Source: Ophelia neglecta
Lineage: Eukaryota
Assembly (NCBI GenBank): GCA_965285935.1
Contig: OZ260662.1
Coordinates: 110,298,001-110,362,000, forward strand
Reading direction: 5' to 3'
DNA: 64,000 bases
Both the position numbers and the translations under genes were made by a program. This document shows, piece after piece, positions 1-12,061 of the stretch (position 1 is the stretch's first letter; each line of letters begins with the position of its first letter). A model generated the notes under the pieces. It did not search any database, was not told the origin of the DNA, and saw nothing but the letters and a program-made list of their open reading frames with translations.

Positions 1-871
1 AGCATAATTCTAATATTATATAGGTAATTCATGTTTCACGCAAAATATATATTAGACACGTCAGAATAAAACTGTAATTTGTTTTCTCCATTTATAACGA
101 TGAATTAATATGGCCATTCCGGTGAGTCCTATTACATACACACATACACGCACCCCTTCGTTCTCTTTGTAATGCGGCGCAAGTTGCCTTTTACTGACGG
201 CCGACATTTATATATACCAAGTGAAATCTCAATGACCGGGGGGGGGGGTATTTTGCCTATTTTTGCGAATATCACATCATTGTTGTTCAGACAGGTGCAG
301 GTGGCAAGTCATGCATTGGAGAATTTCAGTGACTTCACTTGTTTTTGGCGGAAGTTGCATTTTACTGTAAGCCGACATATACATATATCAATTTAAATCA
401 CATGTCAATCACATGTTACAGAATCCTCCATGAAGGCGACACCGGCATCGCCGTTGACGGTTTTCAAGTAGATAGTTGTTAATCGTGCATAACCCTTACA
501 AAGTGAATTGGTCATCTTCAATAAGTTTTTGGTTCAGCGCTTTCATTGCGCTATGCAGTGATCCAGTTATGTAGAGTCGATCGGTCAACTTCTAGTATTA
601 TAACATACTTAGAGCCGTCCCACTACTCTCACTTCATGACCACTTCTTGACTAGTTTAAAGCAATTGCCTGGGTCTGAACAACGTAGTCCCTCCTCCAAA
701 ACTATCAGCAGATACACTTAGAAAGAATTCGACCGACATTCCGATAAATTTACTTGAAATTCTTTGTAGCTATGAGTAAGCCACATATCATCAAACTTTG
801 GGATCGCATTGTGGTCGACAAAGGGTTTTCAGCCAGTTTTCTCTACTTGACAGATATAAGTGACGTAGTAA

Positions 872-1154
872 GGGACGGACCATTAGATATCTAGGGGGGG
901 GGCCAGAAAAAAATGAAAATAAATTTTCTGGCTTTGATTTTCTCAAAAAAAAATAATCTGCCAGGAAAATATATGAAAAAAAAATAATCTGCCTATTATT
1001 TTTAAGTATAAAATAATATTATATAAAGAAAATAAATAATCTGGCAGATACCGTGGTGAAAAAAAATTTTCTGTCAACTATATTCATGAAAAAAAATTTC
1101 CTGACTAGAGCCAAGTTCTCTGGCCCCCCCCCTAGATATCTAATGGTCCGTCCC
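872..1154. mobile_element. PIF/Harbinger-type MITE
   Basis: ~36-bp TIRs GGGACGGACCATTAGATATCTAGGGGGGGGGCCAGA ... TCTGGCCCCCCCCCTAGATATCTAATGGTCCGTCCC, flanked by TAA on both sides (869-871, 1155-1157); A-rich non-coding interior. Confidence 0.85.
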
Positions 1155-1656
1155 TAAAACCAAGGCAGGTACAGTTTGTGCACGCGTACCTTTTAGTGAA
1201 GGAGAAAATCTCCGTGCAAAACGTCATCACTTTACTGCACCCCTTGGATTTCCCCTTTATATGACAAATGTGACAAACCTATAAATGTCCCTCTGCAGGG
1301 TAGCCGCAAATGTAAACATTGTTTGATGCCTAATAAGCGTTTTCCCAGTGAGTGACAAAACCTGAGACCATATGTTTATCGTATGGTTTTATTTTGGTAT
1401 ATTTTCAACAAGGTTTGTGTCTGCTGGTCAAGGTGTCTTCCATCAATCGAGAAGCATGCAAGAGACCCTTTGCGATGTTTTATCTCAGACACAACAGACA
1501 GGAAAACAGCCAAGCGTTACCGGTCCAGACTAGCACTACTAGGCCAAACAGGTTGACGACAGGCGTGTTCGGGCTAGTGTTCTAAACGCTGCACTTACAA
1601 GCGACCTGTACTACGAACGTTTACGTCACCCCCTGCGTCGTCAGTATGATAGCGCT

Positions 1657-2015
1657 CCGGGGGGGGGGGGCACTCTGTATACTGAGGTCATTACATATGT
1701 GCCGCCGTTTCGACCCCCCTTTTTCCACCTATGTAGAATTTCGACCCCTTGTTTTTTACCTACATGTAGAATTTCGACCCCTGTTTTTAGGGATATAAGA
1801 TATTCTTCGATCCATAAAGTTAGGTTAAATGTAGAATACTGACCTCTAGAATTTGTTGATGTGTCAATTTTCCCCTATATATCTGGCTGAAATGTAGAAT
1901 ATCGACCCCTGTTTTCAGCAATTTTGTAGAGTTTGCGCCTGTGATTTGAATACTGGGTGGCACATATGAACCAATTTCGAAACTGAGTGCCTCCCCTCCC
2001 CCCCCCCCCCCCAGG
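1657..2015. mobile_element. Non-autonomous DNA transposon (MITE) with poly-G/poly-C termini and 9-bp TSD
   Basis: Ends CCGGGGGGGGGGGGCACTC ... GAGTGCCTCCCCTCCCCCCCCCCCCCCCAGG; direct repeat GATAGCGCT at 1648-1656 and 2016-2024; four internal ATGTAGAAT..CGACCC-like repeats. Confidence 0.8.
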
Positions 2016-2037
2016 GATAGCGCTTGTACCACGGGCT

Positions 2038-2240
2038 ATGGAGGACTGTAGTGGTTGATAGGGGGGAGGTGGGTCCAATCAAAAATAATTTCAGAATTTC
2101 TCTTGAATCAATGTACTAGGTTTCGAAGCAATTAGAACAGGTCCATTGTTTTCTTGGCCGAGGTTTCAAAGACATAATCCCACCTCCACCCCCCCCCCCC
2201 CCACCTCCCCCTACAACCCTCCATCACTCCATCTTCCATA
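2038..2240. mobile_element. Degenerate MITE-like inverted-repeat element
   Basis: TATGGAGG...TAGGGGGGAGGTGGG at the left end imperfectly matches the reverse complement of CCACCTCCCCCTA...CTTCCATA at the right end; no clean TSD. Confidence 0.35.
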
Positions 2241-3512
2241 TTCCGCCCCAATCCACCTTATCCCCAATGAAGTACACATGGAATACCAACCCCTTCCTTC
2301 GGTCCCCCTTTCCCTCGACCACCACCACATCGTGCCGTCCCCACATTAATGGCTTTAAATGGTTTTAGATATTTACCAGGGGATCGTGTTTATGTACCTA
2401 GTAAAACCAAAAAGCAAAAATGTGGTTAGTTTATTGACATAGCTAACTTCCCAAGCCGAGTATGTTTGTTGCTCGAATTTAAACCCGTCCCCGGACCTTC
2501 AAGAACACTCGTTTGAACTGCACACTTCATAAAACCCTTCCCTTCCATGGTATCGGTCAACAAGGTCAGACAGAAATGTCCATATATTTGATATTAATGT
2601 GGCCATTGAAGGTGTTGAAAGACAATAGTTGTTTATCGTGGCAACTTGAATTGTTTTCTCGTTGTTTTGTTTCTTTGTATCACTTTTTGTTATACACAGG
2701 TTCCTCCGTACGCTACATGCCTGAACATTAAACCACAAGTAGTATCACTATACGTGTTACCAGCGAAAGGGTGCCAGTTATATGAAATAAGACAGCTAGT
2801 CCGGAACAACACACTCCAAGTAATAAGCCTTATAGTAGTAAATAATCATTGAGTTCTATCTGGCAAGCGATTTCCTTTCAGTGTATCCATTTCAATCAGG
2901 ATACTATTAGCTTTGTGTACACATACACAAAAGTGCATTTGCTTTCCCTTAATTAACATACATGGTTGGTGCCCTTCACTTACAGCTAGACGATCATTTG
3001 CAATGCTTTCTGTCGTGACCGTTTCTGATAATTTAGGGGAAGGGTAGGATATAAAGAAAGTATCATGTATGTCGTTTGCTTAATGGTCTTGTCTATGTTG
3101 ACCGTAGATAGAATGTTGTTAGCTTCAATGATTCTTGATGCTGTGTTGGTGTTTAAACGTAACAGGGAATAATTGCAATGCAGATATGGCAGCAGATATC
3201 TTGTGATTCTAATGCAATCAGCGATCATACATTCAACAAATATAGCCATATGTACAAGTAAGTTATTTGGCGCAATGCTGCCAGATATCAGTACTTTCTA
3301 CACTAGAAAATATTAAAGTATCACAGAAATCTGTTCCGAAAGTAACTATTTTACGAAGCCCCAAGCGTGCATCAGACTCAAATTGGTAGCCTGTAGTAGT
3401 ATCCCTGTAGGCGAAATGGCATTGACACAGATTAAACAACACAAACCAACGACCTCAGGAAAATCTTTCCTTTGCAGTCAAATAAATTATTACACAGTAT
3501 AAACATCTTATT

Positions 3513-3942
3513 AACAAGAAGGCTTTTGATGGCCGGCCGACGGGAGAAAGCTTGTGATAGTCTATTCGTATTTCATTCAGACCCATTGCCTGCTTTTCCA
3601 CAAACTTTAGACCCCAACTGTATTAATGTTAATAACAGGAAATGATAACTGGCAGACAAAGTATACTCGTTAATCAAGAAATCATCAGGAACCACCGTGT
3701 GCAGACCCACAAACACCAATCCCCGGCTCCTTAACAATAAAAAAAACATGTAGAAAAATAATCTCGTAAAAAATGTCAAATAAGTAAATAAACCTGTGAA
3801 ATGTCCCCCGACTAAAAGCAGGAGTTGTTCGGGAAAGTGAGTTTTCCACAAACTTTTTGGTTTCGCTGCCATGGCAACTACTAATGTCGAAGTTTTTGCT
3901 AGTGACCACCACCACGCTTATATCCCTTGCCTCGGGAAGTAG
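3513..3942 (+). repeat. Possible non-autonomous Helitron/Helentron-like interspersed repeat
   Basis: Starts AACAAGA in a TT context, has an internal CCATGGCAAC motif and ends with a short GC hairpin (TCCC TTGCCTC GGGA); pattern resemblance only. Confidence 0.25.
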
Positions 3943-4959
3943 TATGCACTTCTATTTACGATATGAGACTAATCCTAACACACACGAGTCATAGGTCAAT
4001 GAAGGACGGCTACCACTTTTAAAAAACAATTTGAGATTTATAGTTTCATACCCTATGAAAACTAAGAGTCTTACCGTTTAAGTTAAGCATCTGATTTGCC
4101 CATATTCTAGTATAACGAATAAAATTGCTTTTAAACGGCGAACATTGAGTTGTAGCTCTCCAAGCTTTCTCAATTAATACTAGGGAAGCAGACGTTTTCG
4201 CTATATAATTAACGAATACCACAAATATTTTTCAACTTTTTTCGCTAAATAAACGATTCACTAAATATTTTTCGAGCCCAGTTTTATTGTAGCTAAATAT
4301 ATTTTAAGCCCAGGACACAGCCATAATTATACAAACATCTAATTACTTAAACCATATACACAGAGTGTGTGGAATAGATTTGATAGGACCTTATATAAAA
4401 GCCTCACATTAATTTAAGCTTAAAGAATAGAGTGGAAAGGACCTTTGTATATCAGACACAGATACATATAACACCCCATTTGGAAATCGCTCAATTTGTA
4501 TGTATAATATTCAATATCCATCTAGAAGAAAGATTTCATTAAACTGTTCTGATACGCAGAGTAAGTAGGTTATGTATGAATTACATTATATAAGGTTAAA
4601 GCGTACTAGCGCTGAACACCAATATGAATTTATGATTTGTCCGAGGCACTGTTATCGTTAACAGGGGTATGTTAGTCAATACTATAAATCATATAATGTC
4701 GCAGACAGAAAAATATTGGCGAATTTTTAATTTTAACCCAATTTAGCACATCTATTGTTGGCGGGTTGGTCGAAATGTTGTAATGATGTGTGCATAAAAC
4801 TTACAACAATCTTTTATTCAGCACAGGAAATGTTGAGAGTTTTTATGTGAACCGATGAATCTGCCGAATTTTCCTGTCTGCCAACATTTATCGATTACAG
4901 TATTGCGACTACCATCCCTCGCCTAGTGTTATGTATTCAGACCTCTCGGTGACACAGTT

Positions 4960-5889
4960 TTATCCCTGGTAAATATGTACCTTTTTGAAATCTACACAAA
5001 CGGCAAGTCTTCGTGTGATAGGGTCAACTGTCACGTGACAAGTCTTACCTAAACATTGTTCTTTGGTCAACAGACAGCTCCATTGGTCTTTTTTGTTTTC
5101 TATCCAATAAGATACAACTCTCTCATTGTCCCTATCGCATACTATGATTCGTCCGGCCGGATCTATTGCTACCCCCAATGGATACATTAGTTGTCCATCT
5201 CCACGGCCCTGTCTACCGAATGTCTTTATGTGTTGTCGGTTTGTATCGAAGACCTTTACACAGTGGTTCCAACAGTCGCCGACAACAATAACAGGTTTAT
5301 CTATGCCAGACACTTTGCCTACACAAACATTGTACGGATCGTTGAACTGCATATGTCCATCGCCATGTGAGCCGAACCATTTGATCTCTTTTTTGGGGTC
5401 GTTGGCATCTATGACATACACCTTATGGACTTCTGCGTCGGACACAAAGTAAGAGTCGTTCTCTTTACAATATCCTACACCACGCAGGTCACGTCCTACC
5501 GGGACGCTATTCTGCACCACTCCTTTTCTGTCAAGCAGTTTCAGCGATGTCGAATATGGGACCATATAGAGGTCACGTTTGGTGTCCATGGCTAAGGCTC
5601 TATTGTGTCCCATCACCAACCCTCCTAAACCTTCTCCAATCTCCTCCTGCAGTGTCCAGTCATAGTTATATAGTTTAATAGGAGCCTTGGTGTCCTCGAC
5701 TCTGACTGCCAAGTTCTGACGCTTAATGTCCATAATGAGACTTGTGATATGTCCATTGAGGTCGACAAAACTGTTGATTTCGACCAGTTTATCCAGAGGG
5801 GCGTAATTGGAAGATGGATTTCCCTGTAACGTGTGACCTTGTAAGAGACAGTCGGTCCCTTGACGGACCTTGATATCGTGACAATTCAT
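4960..5889 (-). CDS. NHL-repeat beta-propeller protein (TRIM-NHL-like C-terminal region, no RING/B-box), intronless; possibly a truncated gene or pseudogene
   Basis: NHL repeats WFGSHGDGHMQFNDPYNVCV, IVVGDCWNHCVKVFD, TFGRQGRGDGQLMYPLGVAIDPAGRIIVCDRDNERV; first ATG at 5889 (the ORF track starts at GTG 5895); TATAAATA on the minus strand at 6015-6022. Confidence 0.8.
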   Translation of the reverse strand: MNCHDIKVRQGTDCLLQGHTLQGNPSSNYAPLDKLVEINSFVDLNGHITSLIMDIKRQNLAVRVEDTKAPIKLYNYDWTLQEEIGEGLGGLVMGHNRALAMDTKRDLYMVPYSTSLKLLDRKGVVQNSVPVGRDLRGVGYCKENDSYFVSDAEVHKVYVIDANDPKKEIKWFGSHGDGHMQFNDPYNVCVGKVSGIDKPVIVVGDCWNHCVKVFDTNRQHIKTFGRQGRGDGQLMYPLGVAIDPAGRIIVCDRDNERVVSYWIENKKDQWSCLLTKEQCLGKTCHVTVDPITRRLAVCVDFKKVHIYQG

Positions 5890-7194
5890 GATCACGGCTA
5901 ATGGTCCCTTATGAAGCTATGTACAGCCTTTGCTGATTCCGTCTGTGTGGTGCTTCACTGTGCTTCTATGTCTGGCCTGTGCGTCTATACAGCTGACGTG
6001 CGGCCGCTCACTGTTATTTATATCGATGTACTCGACTTGGCAGGAGAATGGAAACGACTGCTCCGGAAATACACAACCAAGCGGGTAGATTTCATATCAT
6101 AATGCGCGTTACATGAAGTAATAGCCTCGTGTGTGGAGTAATATACGTTATTTAAGGATTACATTAAGGGTAGAGTAAAAAAGAGACATTTATCAATAAA
6201 TAAGTGGACACTTCAAACAAAGAAAATGCTACAAATAAATGACAACAAATGCAGTGTTAGTACACTGCCTATCGATTGGAAATTAAATTTCTTAAATAAA
6301 GAAAACATCTAGGTATGAAATTATTTTTACTTTCTGAGGCCAAATATTTTATATAAAAGTGGTAGAGACGATAATGAAAATAACAGTAACCACTGTCCGT
6401 CCATTATGTGGATGTATGGTGTATTATAGCTATCGCTTTTATAATTATCATAAAGAAATTTACAAGTACTTTAAGGCTGGACAAAGGCGTACTTGTTTGC
6501 AGGAAGTAAATAGAAGCAAGCTACACAATGTAGTCAAACTATACATTGGTCTAAAGATAAGAAAGTCTCAAAAAAAGGCAATATAATTTTATCCTGTGTA
6601 AATGTATTTGTGGAATGCCGTAGATATGAAATATGCTATCCTACAGAACAATGATAAGCTGTCGGTTCGATGCAATGCAAACAAGCAATGACTATTCAGC
6701 GGTTATTATAGGCAAAACTGGCCACATTTAACGCCCGTTTGGAATATGAAGGTCATTTTGACAACCATGATGCCTTTTATCCTAGATCAATCACAGTTGA
6801 ACTCGCACATCATGCACCTAGGCCTATAATAGTCACAAATAACCTCCCCAGTGGCCTACAAGCTGATGTAGTAAATAGAATTGCTGTCAATTTTGTATTG
6901 ACGTCATATGGGTCAACCGAGCAGACGCCAGAATCGAAATCAGCGCACTAAACCCGTCTGCAAAGCATGATCTGAATTTTGTACTCGTAAATGCCTGAAC
7001 TTACTTATTTGGCCACATGTTGTTGATATCTGACTCTTTTAAACATCCTCTTTTTTATAATCATAACACGTAGCAGCGAGGCCTCGGTTGTCTTGTCCAA
7101 TTACAAACCAATTAAGGCCCCAGCTCAGACTACAAATGGACTGTAATTACTTCCGGAGTCTGAGAGATGGCTTGCTTAGCACAAGCGATACTGA

Positions 7195-7500
7195 CATTGT
7201 GGCTCAACCATGTGTCGGGGATAGGATTGGCAAGGAAACATGTATGTAAAATACAACATGGATGATACAGTAAAACAAACTATAAAATAAACAAAACAAT
7301 ATGTTAAAGTATTTAGTAGGTTGCATTGACACAGTACAATGTCGTACAATGCAATTAAATGCATCCTCATACAATATGAAAAATATATTATGATGCAATA
7401 TGAAGCAAATGAACCCAAAAAACGCCATTGTATACAATAAGATAGGATCATTCAATGCAACGCAATTATTGCCAGTAACGTTATGTGTACAAAACAATCT
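7195..7500 (+). repeat. Dispersed ACAAT-rich repeat, copy 1
   Basis: Shares TTGTGGCT and TACAATGTCGTACAAT..AA.TAAATG segments with 20590-20870. Confidence 0.45.
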
Positions 7501-9378
7501 GTGTGCATCAATCCATAATGTCTGTGTATCAATCAGCCCTAGCTGTACCAGTCTACCCCAGACTGAATGCTACAAATAACTAGTCTGGGCTCTTCCTCCA
7601 GTTAACGAGCTGTCGTGCATGTTAACCGGATAGAGGTGATAAATATACCATCAATCACAGAGGCAGTAGTACATTCCACTTATAACTTGGCCAGCCGTTC
7701 TCGTGTTAGCGATCGCTCGTAAACGGGGTAGACCTAAAAACTAGACCATCTATCACCGAGCCTATACAGGGACACAACATTAACAATAAAGCGGAGGCCG
7801 TGGGTAGAAGAGTTTAGACAAATTTAATTTGAGTTTTGATATTTGAAGAAAAAAATGTTGGTTACTCTGGTAGAGGCATCCTCTCATATAAGTATTTTCG
7901 CACACACAAAACATGCAGGTCAGAAGCCAAGCGAGAAAAATGGCTGCCAAAATTTTTATCCGAGCATTGAAAAACGATTGGCTTGCGGCTTGGCTTTTTT
8001 TTTGATGGTGGATGGTGCCTGGTGAACTTTGGCCGATTTAATGAACAGCTGTGGGTCGATCAGTGTGGTTTCACTACCGGGATTCCGCTCTTGCCTTTTA
8101 AACAAATCCACCTCCCTATTAATCTCAATTTTTCAACATCCCCATAATAGGCTTGTTTATTGCGCAGTCTCTCGAGAATGCATGTCCTCACATCTTTGCC
8201 AGGGGGAAATACCTGCGCTTTTCTGCCTCCCCCGGCTGGTTGCCAATATAGTTGTTAGCAGTCCTAACATACTGGCTATTCAGAATTGACAGAGCACTTG
8301 GAGCAGGCTGGCACCCTTTTTCTTCGTAGCCTGTGTCCGGCTTGGGTTTTTTTATACCTTTTTATAAACTGTTTCTACTGATATTAATAAATAGAACAAA
8401 TATAAACTGGTTTATTACCTGGTATAGTTGGCAAGACATCTAACCCTGAAATCCTCCCGCCTACACTTTCCTTTAGGTTATTCAAATTCCTGAACACCTT
8501 AAAAAGGGAACGGTCAATAACTCTTTTCATAAACTTTTCTTGAGTTGTTTAAGATGAGTTTTTCATTTATTAGGGACACACCATTTGCAGCGCATGCGCC
8601 TAATATCTTTGCTTATTACTATTTATTTACATTTCTATTTTGCCAAAATCCTTATAAAAACAAGAAAAAAAATTGCAATTTATAAAACAAAGTCCACCGC
8701 CATCAATACCCCCTCCCACCACCAATACACCACCATACCCCTTCCAAAAATGCACCCACAAACATGGCTATATACTGCGGTACAAGCATGTTGCAGATCA
8801 ATAGGATTCAGTATAAACATATTGATTTATGTAAAGCATACAATACTTATATTATCTGCACATATGATTGTTAATCTGTCCACAGACATAAAAAGGTAAT
8901 TCAAGTTTTCAATATTTAGCCATGATTGACATTTGGGTGAAAATGCTTTCTACAGATAAAAGAAATAAGAGCGAAACGACATAAGAATGAACGATATGCG
9001 CCACTATTTCTGACAAACACTATGAAATATTAATGTCATGGCTCATCGCGAGTCTGCAAAGGTTAGCTTATGACTAGACGACAGTCCAAAGGACTATGCA
9101 ATGCATTGCATTGGTTATTGTATGTGTAATGTTTATTTAATTAACCGGGACAATGAGTATTGGAAAATAGTGCCTGCCTAGGAACTCTAATGAGCATCAT
9201 TGTGGCAATATAAATTCTGCATTGAATTTGCAAGAATGGGTTGCGTTGGTGATTAGCACCATGAATAGAGACAAACATCTCAGTAGAATGCTATGTTTTT
9301 GGCCTATTAAATTTCACTAGCGCCGAATACCTAATTCATATTTAGTCATTTATCATTTTACTTTGTCGTCAAAACAAT

Positions 9379-9439
9379 ATGGCGCCGGTCGCTGCGTTTG
9401 TCTGCCTAGTATGGTGTTCTGTATCCACTCTAAATTATG
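9379..9439 (+). CDS. Kringle-PAN gene exon 1 (signal peptide)
   Basis: ATG in an AATATGG context; encodes hydrophobic MAPVAAFVCLVWCSVSTLNY; phase-1 donor G|GTAAGG matches the phase of the kringle exon. Confidence 0.65.
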
Positions 9440-12061
9440 GTAAGGACATTCTTATTTTTACTTTAATTCTAGTTTTGTGAATCAACTTGGGTCAACTTGC
9501 TTCCAGTAAGTCATCATTTTATGTACACGTGACCTATTAACTGATACATACGAAAAAAGACAATGGGAATGTTTCTCTTTGTGATTGCTTCCGCGGGAGG
9601 TAGGATTTAAAAACCATTTCTAAACCAAATTAAACAATGAAATGAAGTCTTGTACAAACTGATTCGAGATACGAAGGAAATACTAGATATGCAGATATGA
9701 AAACAGTTATGGCTGTGCTATGACAAGAGTTATGGGAAGGATGATCAATGTGCTTGTAACCGGAGCATGCGATCGATCCTAAACTCAGACAAACCTAATC
9801 CACATAGCAAAGTATAAAATACCTCGTCGCTAGTGAATGTGTCTCGTATAACCGATTTTTGCACCAATCAGGTTTTACAATACGCACAATCAAATACTAT
9901 TAAAATTAGTTGAACATGACAAAGTAGTGAGTCGATTGCATTGGTGTATTTTTTAATATATTTCAGGGTACTAACCACGACATATAATCGCTTTCATTTT
10001 TTACTATTATAAAATATCATAAAATACACACTTGTATGGTAAAACAACAACGGTCTGACGGTTTAGGCCATTTAGCAGGAGCTGCAAATCAAACACCAAA
10101 GGGCTCTATGACTAACTCATTCCTCGTGACATTTCGCTGTATGGGTCGAACCGAGGTCTAATGTCATATGGAAGGTTAAGCGATCACTGAAATTAATAAC
10201 ACTGGTTTGCTCCAATGTGATAAACATTCAGCATGTTGCAATAATAAATTATCACATTAATTTCAATGTAGGCGATCTAGATTATTTTGACACCATCATA
10301 TTCAAAATTCCAGAAAAAAACTGCCTAAGTTGATGCAATAGAAGTTAGACTCACTGAGATTGATCTTTGTTACGGCAATCTTTTATTTTTAGCTTCCTTT
10401 CACGCTTATATCGGAGTTACAAAGTTCATGTTGCTCCAAAAACTAAACATACTATGAATACCATCTCCCTAATTAATGTTGACAAAAAAGTCACGCCTTT
10501 ATAACAAAAGAGATGATTACGATTTTCCAATATTTGATTTACCGATCCTTGATAGATATATTCCAATACGTCGAGATGTCGCGGCCTTTGTAAGAACGGG
10601 TCCTCTTCTGTCTGATTTTAAGAAAAGACACGTAGACGTGGCGTCTTAAATACTAAACAAGGGCTGAGAACTCTGCAGATTAAACGAGCATTTTCCAAGT
10701 TCAAAGCTATGTTTTACAACAATTTATCCCAATTTATTGCAAGCCTTGAAGACTTAAAGAATCCTATGAAGTATTCTTAAGACTTAAGAGATAATATATA
10801 ATCGATGAATTTCTTTTAGACTCTTCATGTGTATGTTCTAGTTGCTATTGACTGCAGGGGATTTGAGCCATCTTTCCGGTCATACTCGGCTACGGGTCAC
10901 GTGAATTTGCTCCCTTATTAATATTACTTTGTCCAATGGTTTTTTAATATGGCTGTAAGTTCTGCTTCTCTTAGTGCAAATTACATACACCGGTTTTATG
11001 TGTGGTTTGGACTCCAAAGCGAACATTTGTGCGTTTTATTATGAATGGCCTAGTTAAAGATATAATAACAGAGTATCATATCTGGTTTTATTGTTATTAA
11101 GCATAATTATGCCAAAGAAATTTTAATTCATGGATAAACAAATTCAAATAAGGAGCGAATTTGTGGATTATGTCCATGTGTAACCAATGTGTTCTTTGTA
11201 ATTCGCATATAAGACCAATGTACAGTTCAAATATAATGCTGAGATTATTTGAGGACATTGAAATTACAGTGCAGGTAACTACTAGTTAGGTTATTGCTTT
11301 ATGTTTGACTTAAGCCATATTAAGACTAGACACAATAAATTGCCACCTCATTCTGACCACCAGCATCATTTTGATCCGACAGCTTATAAGAAAAAAAATC
11401 AATCTTATTTCAGAACAAAGTGCTTGAATAAGAATACAAGACCTTCGATATTTTATGAGCACATGATACAGATATGGCGCCAGAAAGATTTAGGGTTTGT
11501 ATTGTAGTACATATGCTTGTTGCCATAATCGATTTAACTAGTGGCATTCTGCACAGAAACTGCTGCCGTCGTGTATTGGGCAATAGAGCTAAGCACATAC
11601 ATTTATATAGTGAATCAATTACTATTGTTTTCAGACCATGTGCGATATGCCGATACGGACAATTAGTCTGAAAATTGTGCGGTTCGAAAACTGTTTTAAC
11701 ATTGTGTTGAAATTTCTCATTGGCGGCTACAACAGGACACAAAAGTAACAAATTTATATTGATTTGCAAGATTCTTTGTGTTTTGTATAATTCGTTCTCT
11801 GTACGCTGCAATAGGTACATATTATAAAGATATAAAATTGATTACATGACCCTTTGATATCTGTATAACTGGTATAAGTGTATGAATGGGTATAAATTTG
11901 CTTTTTGCCCATTACAGAGGCTCCAGGAACTGAGCTTATATAGAATCACATTTGCGTTTTCATTTATAGGCTAACTATAAGTTTTAAAACGAATGACGTT
12001 AGTATCTTGTTTGAACATTACACAGAAATTGACTACTATGCTATTATTTCATATATGACAA

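Noticed and set aside
175-405. Two ~57-bp similar segments about 172 bp apart
   Set aside because: Only two degenerate copies, probably old satellite or TE debris; no further structure
7843-8340. GC-richer stretch with short ORFs
   Set aside because: No recognisable motif in the frames I translated and no convincing splice pair
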